DNA of 64,000 nucleotides, taken from Bacillota bacterium. GTDB lineage: Bacteria > Bacillota > Bacilli > Alicyclobacillales > SLC66. A model generated the notes under the pieces. That model ran no database searches. It had not been told where the DNA came from and saw nothing but the letters and a program-made list of their open reading frames with translations. The stretch covers positions 2,621 to 66,620 of the forward strand of contig JAKADA010000008.1 in NCBI GenBank assembly GCA_021820975.1. The letters run 5' to 3'. A program made the position numbers and the translations under genes. Below, piece by piece: positions 59,416 to 64,000 of this stretch (within the stretch, counting starts at the first letter, position 1; each line of letters opens with the position of its first letter).

Positions 59416-60129
59416 CTATAGCGGACGTGAAACGGCCTTGCGGATATACGATTCCAGCTTGGCTACATTCTGTACAGCAGGCACCTTTATAGCTGCCAAA
59501 TCGGTACCATTCACAAGCATGTGACCGTAACCAACACCAGAAATAGGTTCCATTTTGTCGCGATCAAAGCCAAACATTAATGCACTTTCTTTACTGATGT
59601 TCCCCATCGCAATCACTAGACCGAAATTGTCACGCGATTTAGCGAAATATTCCGCGTCGGCTCGCTGCTGGCTAATGAGTACATGGACGTTGAATGCCCT
59701 TCCCAACATCAGGAGCGTGGATAATTTCGCACGAGCGGTTTCAGCTTCTTTCTTGTCTACCGTGTTGAGAAAAGAGGCCCATTCATCGAACATCAAGAGC
59801 CTGAAATCACGGCTGGTATCCTCACCTCGTTGACGTGCGAGGAAGGCATGATAGTAGCTGTCCAGCCCATTGGTACAGTCCGAAAATTCGTAGTGGTTTG
59901 GCAAACCTCTTAATCCAATGAAATCATCGGCCTTGAAATCACACAGGACAACACCAGCATTCTTGATGTGTAATCCGATTCGCGCGATGATCAATTTAAC
60001 TAAAAAGGTTTTCCCTGAGCCAGTTGGCCCCACCAAAATAGCGTGGGGCACCTTGGCATAATCCCAGCGGCGGTAATGGTACACGCCGTCAGTTAACAGC
60101 ATAGAATCCAACGCGATATCGATGCCCAT
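59416..60129 (-). CDS. FtsK/SpoIIIE-family ATPase (DNA translocase / coupling-protein-like), soluble domain only
   Basis: Walker A GPTGSGKT, Walker B LLMFDEW, and a QQRAD block. 237 aa with no TM segment. Confidence 0.8.
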   Translation of the reverse strand: MGIDIALDSMLLTDGVYHYRRWDYAKVPHAILVGPTGSGKTFLVKLIIARIGLHIKNAGVVLCDFKADDFIGLRGLPNHYEFSDCTNGLDSYYHAFLARQRGEDTSRDFRLLMFDEWASFLNTVDKKEAETARAKLSTLLMLGRAFNVHVLISQQRADAEYFAKSRDNFGLVIAMGNISKESALMFGFDRDKMEPISGVGYGHMLVNGTDLAAIKVPAVQNVAKLESYIRKAVSRPL

Positions 60130-60134
60130 TTTGA

Positions 60135-60812
60135 TTAAAAATCCTCGTCGGTTGGTTCCGGTGGAGGTGGAGCAGCCTCTTCAAATTGCGAATTGATTAC
60201 AAATCGCAATTTGTCGTTGTTATCGACGATGATCAAGTCAATATACAAGGTAGCTGCATCATCGACGATGCGATCTATCCAAAAAATCGGGATTTGATTA
60301 TCTAATGATGCAAATGGGATGTTTTCGACGTTCCCAGCGCGAAGTTGTTCATTGATGCGCGTTTGAAGAATCTTTTTGATCATCTGCAAATCATTTGGTT
60401 CCCAATGTCCACGTTTAGTTTTAGAAACTTTTACTTTAACGATTTCCATTCCATTACGTATTGCGAGTGATGGCGTTTTGACAATGTCGAGCACATCAAG
60501 CGGACGAACAGTACCAATTCGATTGTGAATTTGGGAAATTACTTTGAATAATTCTTGATAAGCCGATTCGACTAAATTAAAAACGGGCGCTGGTGGCGCT
60601 TTGGGACGTTGGTCGTAGGCTAAATACCCCAAAAAGGTGATGGCTAATACGGGTATTCCCCAATATTTTATCGTCGCCAGTAACACAATGACGGTTATGA
60701 GGCTAAACACCATCACTCCAATCGCGATCTTGTCGTTATCAGTTAGTTCTTTCTTTATAGCACGCTGCACGATTTCGATCGCTCTATGCATCTTTTCGAT
60801 ACTTTTCTTCAT
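60135..60812 (-). CDS. Element-encoded 2-TM membrane protein with a Pro-rich acidic tail
   Basis: 225 aa. TM pair IAIGVMVFSLITVIVLLATI / IPVLAITFLGYLAY. Ends 5 nt before the FtsK-like gene. Confidence 0.6.
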   Translation of the reverse strand: MKKSIEKMHRAIEIVQRAIKKELTDNDKIAIGVMVFSLITVIVLLATIKYWGIPVLAITFLGYLAYDQRPKAPPAPVFNLVESAYQELFKVISQIHNRIGTVRPLDVLDIVKTPSLAIRNGMEIVKVKVSKTKRGHWEPNDLQMIKKILQTRINEQLRAGNVENIPFASLDNQIPIFWIDRIVDDAATLYIDLIIVDNNDKLRFVINSQFEEAAPPPPEPTDEDF

Positions 60813-61219
60813 GATTTATTTCCACCTTTGACTAAAATCGCTTTTTCTGCTTTGCATGAAAGTTGATAGTTTCCCGAGCGATCTCTCCAAAACTTACCCT
60901 CGAATGAGACAAAGGTAATGAGTGTCGATTCGGTGAGTAAATCGACTGTGATAATAGGCGGCAAATCGGGGACTTTGACCAAGATTTTCTCATATCCCGC
61001 CTGCGGACAAACGCAAGTGTACGCGATGCCGCCAATTTTATCTGTTTTCACATTGCTCTCATAAACGTTGTACGGGCTCATGGTCACCAGCAGCACTTCG
61101 TTTGCGTGGGCGATGCTAGGCAAATCAAGTCGAACGTCTTCTGGACGCATGACAATCATCCTTTCTGGTTTTATGGATTGATACAAATTCCTCAAACTCT
61201 CCTTGGTGTTGTTCTGCAT
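60809..61219 (-). CDS. Element-encoded hypothetical protein
   Basis: 136-aa ORF with ATGA overlap to the downstream gene. The true start may be the internal ATG (MRPEDVR...) preceded by AAAGGA. Confidence 0.5.
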   Translation of the reverse strand: MQNNTKESLRNLYQSIKPERMIVMRPEDVRLDLPSIAHANEVLLVTMSPYNVYESNVKTDKIGGIAYTCVCPQAGYEKILVKVPDLPPIITVDLLTESTLITFVSFEGKFWRDRSGNYQLSCKAEKAILVKGGNKS

Positions 61220-61295
61220 ACCTCCTCACGTCAGCGATGATGATGGAGGCGATGTGGCGGGCTTGTTCGTCTGAAATTTGGAATTGCTGGTTCAC
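61125..61295 (-). CDS. Candidate 56-aa protein (below the ORF-track cutoff)
   Basis: GTG 61295 lies 8 nt after GGGAGG. Translation MNQQFQISDEQARHIASIIIADVRRYAEQHQGEFEEFV... Its tail overlaps the next ORF out of frame. Confidence 0.35.
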   Translation of the reverse strand: MNQQFQISDEQARHIASIIIADVRRYAEQHQGEFEEFVSIHKTRKDDCHASRRRST

Positions 61296-61386
61296 TCGCC
61301 TCGCCTCCCTCTTCGCATTTTCAATTTACCATTTGGCCGTAAAAATGAACAGACACGAATATATAAACTCGGATTAATGAATTATG

Positions 61387-61415
61387 TTGAAAAAAAGATC
61401 ATTATAGTGTACACT
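61387..61415 (+). promoter_or_regulatory. Promoter TTGAAA-17-TACACT with overlapping palindrome AGTGTACACT
   Basis: Hexamers at 61387-61392 and 61410-61415; 10-bp palindrome at 61406-61415. Upstream of the XRE gene. Confidence 0.45.
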
Positions 61416-61448
61416 AAGAACGAAATTATCGATAGGGCGTGGAAAATT

Positions 61449-62099
61449 ATGTTTAACATGACTGATGAAATGTTAGCCTCTACTTTTGCAATTAGAACAA
61501 ACGCAAGGAGGAAACAATTAAAAATCACACGCGAGGAACTTGCCCAATATGCGGAAATCTCAACCAGCACATTGGCCTCATATTTGCGTGAAAAAGAACC
61601 CGTCGTACCCATGTTGCGTGCGGCAATCAGAATGGCAGATAAACTCGGGGTTTCATTAGCTTACCTTTGTGGTTTGGAAAATGAAGGAGACTTTACTCCC
61701 AATGGACTTTCGGCAGAAGTCATTTTAAAGAATCTTTATCGCTCCATTCTGGAAGCTCAGCTAAATTGGCATTTTGAAAATAATAAAGTTGTACTAGAAA
61801 GTGATAATCGGTTCATTATGTCTTTTTTGATACACATCAAGAAAGATTCTTCAAGAGATAAGCTAGATAGCTCGATTTTTAAGCATTTCAAAGACATCAA
61901 ACTCTGGAAAGGTCGAATGGTAACAGATGAAGAATATAAAGAGTTGAGTTACATTGAATATGTGTATGGAGACATTACAGAAGGAGATGATCTTTATCCT
62001 GATGAATTAAATGGACTAATAGAATTGCGGAAACAGCATTGGGAGCAAACAGGAGGGAACCCCACAGAATATTTACATGAAGAGAGGGAGGAAAAGTGA
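61449..62099 (+). CDS. XRE-family HTH regulator (element repressor-like)
   Basis: ARRKQLKITREELAQYAEISTSTLASYLRE helix-turn-helix. Start set at ATG 61449. Confidence 0.75.
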   Translation: MFNMTDEMLASTFAIRTNARRKQLKITREELAQYAEISTSTLASYLREKEPVVPMLRAAIRMADKLGVSLAYLCGLENEGDFTPNGLSAEVILKNLYRSILEAQLNWHFENNKVVLESDNRFIMSFLIHIKKDSSRDKLDSSIFKHFKDIKLWKGRMVTDEEYKELSYIEYVYGDITEGDDLYPDELNGLIELRKQHWEQTGGNPTEYLHEEREEK

Positions 62100-63607
62100 A
62101 CGTCGTCATCTACGCACGCTATAGCAGCCACAGCCAGACCGAACAGTCCATAGAGGGTCAAATTAAGGTCTGCGAGGAATTTGCTTCTAAAAATGAATAC
62201 ACCATCATCAGCAGGTACATTGATCGGGCAATATCTGGAACTACTGACAATCGTCCTGAATTTTTACGCATGATTGAAGATTCCAGCCGAAAACAGTTTC
62301 AGGGTGTGCTGGTCTATCAATTGGATCGATTTGCTAGAAATAGGTATGATTCAGCGATATACAAAGCAAAATTGAAGAAAAATGGTGTAAGGGTATTTTC
62401 GGCAAAGGAAAATATTACCGATGATGCAAGTGGAATTTTGGTTGAGGGATTGCTGGAAAGCATGGCGGAATATTATTCAGTAGAGTTATCGCAAAAAATA
62501 AGGAGAGGGCTCGATTTGAATGCACAAAAACAGTTGGCAACAGGTGGAAATGTTGCGCTTGGGTATAAAGTAGACGAAGATAGGAAATTCGTCATTGATG
62601 AACATGGGGCTGAGATTGTCAGAATGGTTTATGAAATGTACGCTGATGGAAAAACCATCACGGAAATCAATCAACATTTAAATAGCTTGAATTATCAATC
62701 ATCAAAAGGGTCAGCATTTAATAAAAATTCGCTGACCAAAATGCTGAGAAACAAACGGTATATTGGTATTTATACCTATAAAGACATGGAAGTTAAAGAT
62801 GGTATTCCACGCATTATATCGGATGAACTTTTTGAGAAAGTGGCTGAAAGGCTGGGCAAGAATAAGCAGGCTCCTGCTCGAAGCAAAGCGAAAGCACAAT
62901 ATCTACTAACCACTAAGTTGTTTTGTGGACATTGCAACGAAATGATGACAGGGGAGAGTGGGACATCCAAAACAGGGAGAATATATAATTATTACAAATG
63001 TAATCATGCTAGGAAAAAATTGTGTCATAAAAAGACTGTTAAAAAAGATTATATCGAAAATTTGGTGATTGACGAATGTAGGACATTACTAACGGATGAA
63101 AATATTGAAAAAATCACCGTTGAAGTTATGAAGATAAGCGAGCAAGAAAAAGATAAATCTCACATCAAGTTATTGACTAAGCAACTTAAGGAAAATGAGC
63201 GTAAACGAAACAATGTTGTTACTGCCATCGCTGAATGCGATTTAGAAGCAGTTAGAAAAACATTGTATGAACATATTCCTGTTTTGGAAGAAGAGAGAAA
63301 GCATTTGGAGATGCAACTCTCTACGGAACAGCTATCACGAGTCAGTCTGACTGAACCTGAAATCAAGTTTTTTCTTTCTCATTTGAAAAATGGGAATATG
63401 AATGATGAAAAGTATCGTCAAACTCTAGTCAACGTATTTATCAATTCAATATATCTTTACGATGACAAAATGACACTGATTTTCAACTCCAGTAATTATC
63501 CTGCAAATATTGAAGTGGATTTGCTTGGTGAGGTTGAAGCTAATAATAAGGATTACGAGAGTTCGTTTTTAGTATCGAACGCTCCACCAAAAAACCCGCG
63601 TAAATAG
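62096..63607 (+). CDS. Large serine recombinase
   Basis: Resolvase catalytic N-terminus VVIYARYSSHSQ...GQ, recombinase domain, Cys-rich zinc-ribbon CGHCNEMM...YYKCNHARKKLCHKK, and a coiled-coil. GTGA overlap with the XRE stop. Confidence 0.9.
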   Translation: MNVVIYARYSSHSQTEQSIEGQIKVCEEFASKNEYTIISRYIDRAISGTTDNRPEFLRMIEDSSRKQFQGVLVYQLDRFARNRYDSAIYKAKLKKNGVRVFSAKENITDDASGILVEGLLESMAEYYSVELSQKIRRGLDLNAQKQLATGGNVALGYKVDEDRKFVIDEHGAEIVRMVYEMYADGKTITEINQHLNSLNYQSSKGSAFNKNSLTKMLRNKRYIGIYTYKDMEVKDGIPRIISDELFEKVAERLGKNKQAPARSKAKAQYLLTTKLFCGHCNEMMTGESGTSKTGRIYNYYKCNHARKKLCHKKTVKKDYIENLVIDECRTLLTDENIEKITVEVMKISEQEKDKSHIKLLTKQLKENERKRNNVVTAIAECDLEAVRKTLYEHIPVLEEERKHLEMQLSTEQLSRVSLTEPEIKFFLSHLKNGNMNDEKYRQTLVNVFINSIYLYDDKMTLIFNSSNYPANIEVDLLGEVEANNKDYESSFLVSNAPPKNPRK

Positions 63608-63616
63608 CGGGTTTTT
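63594..63616 (+). terminator. Terminator after the recombinase
   Basis: ACCCGC gtaaata GCGGGT followed by TTTTT. Confidence 0.7.
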
Positions 63617-63634
63617 GCCATTTCAAAGTTGATT

Positions 63635-63705
63635 TTGTAGACAAATTGTAGACAAGCGATTTTTCGATGCCCAATCTTCGTGTTGTCTGTAGACAAAATG
63701 TCTAC
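63635..63705. repeat. Cluster of TGTAGACAA motifs including the palindrome GTAGACA-aaa-TGTCTAC
   Basis: TTGTAGACAA at 63635-63644 and 63647-63656. TTGTCTGTAGACAAAATGTCTAC at 63683-63705. Confidence 0.8.
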
Positions 63706-63902
63706 GGGAGTTTGGAGTTTTGGGTAAAGGACTGTGTTGGCAGAGTGGAAGGGTGATCACCTTACGCGAAGGTGCTCAAGCCACGCACTCCATACATGTG
63801 GAGTGTGTAGTGTCAATACACCGTGTTGGCAAATAGTTGGGACACCTAAACCAGATTTCTATGATTGAAGGATCGGTCGTTATTTTACGCTTACCTGTCT
63901 AA

Positions 63903-63935
63903 AGCCTAGGCGGCTTATTGCCTGGGCTTTTTTTG
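63903..63935 (+). terminator. Rho-independent terminator closing a noncoding stretch
   Basis: AGCCTAGGC ggcttatt GCCTGGGCT followed by T7. Confidence 0.7.
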
Positions 63936-64000
63936 TTGTGGTTTCCAGTCAGTTTGCGGAGAACCCTATCACAAGTAGTGGTAAAGCAGAAGTTCGAACT

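Larger units (their letters stand above)
58270..63705. mobile_element. Integrated mobilizable/conjugative-type element (about 5.4 kb): Rep(HUH-SF3), FtsK-like ATPase, XRE regulator, large serine recombinase
   Basis: Gene content, divergent control region, visibly A+T-rich coding sequence, and an imperfect inverted repeat near both ends (58278-58293 vs 63678-63694). Boundaries are approximate. Confidence 0.7.

Noticed and set aside
63711-63936. Tested by eye against T-box, SAM, TPP, cobalamin, c-di-GMP, ZTP, glycine and purine riboswitch cores.
   Set aside because: None of the conserved core sequences is present; for example GGGTGATCACC is not the T-box GGGTGGTACCGCG. It is kept only as an unclassified structured region.

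Overview
This 64-kb chromosomal window comes from an endospore-forming Bacillota, probably Bacillales-like. The evidence is an alpha/beta-type SASP gene, a PAS sporulation-type orphan kinase, a LiaFSR-like module, and GGAGG-type ribosome-binding sites with frequent GTG/TTG starts. Positions 1-56,100 are ordinary core genome: glutamate synthase gltBD, an acetyl-CoA hydrolase/transferase, a FixABCX-type electron-transfer flavoprotein cluster, an APC permease, ThuA, two paralogous polytopic membrane proteins around a DUF2249 gene, an HD-GYP protein, trxB, and the menaquinone cluster menA | menB-E-F-D-H. They also hold two two-component systems, an acyltransferase-3 / adenylating-enzyme / SGNH cluster, panD, rnz, a SAM-I riboswitch with metY, lgt, citrate synthase, pstCAB, an M23 peptidase, htpX and speH. 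From about 56.3 kb the region is accessory: a stand-alone tRNA-Ala(GGC), a secreted stalk-domain protein, a frameshifted gene remnant and a compact integrated element of about 5.4 kb (about 58.27-63.70 kb). The element carries a large serine recombinase, an XRE regulator, an FtsK/SpoIIIE-like ATPase and a Rep protein with HUH endonuclease and SF3 helicase motifs. The strongest finding lies 37 nt upstream of that rep gene. It is a 10-bp stem-loop whose loop reads ACCAGTATTAC on the rep-sense strand, which contains the circovirus/nanovirus-type nonanucleotide nAGTATTAC, and it is flanked on both sides by tandem heptamer repeats. That is a CRESS-DNA-virus-like origin architecture inside a bacterial integrative element. 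Secondary leads are an orphan promoter-terminator unit (candidate sRNA) next to panD, the split OatA-like acylation cluster, the paralogous membrane protein pair with DUF2249, a Q/S/Y-rich repeat protein, and several operator-like palindromes. I saw no rRNA genes and no CRISPR array. All family assignments come from reading motifs by eye; no database search was possible.
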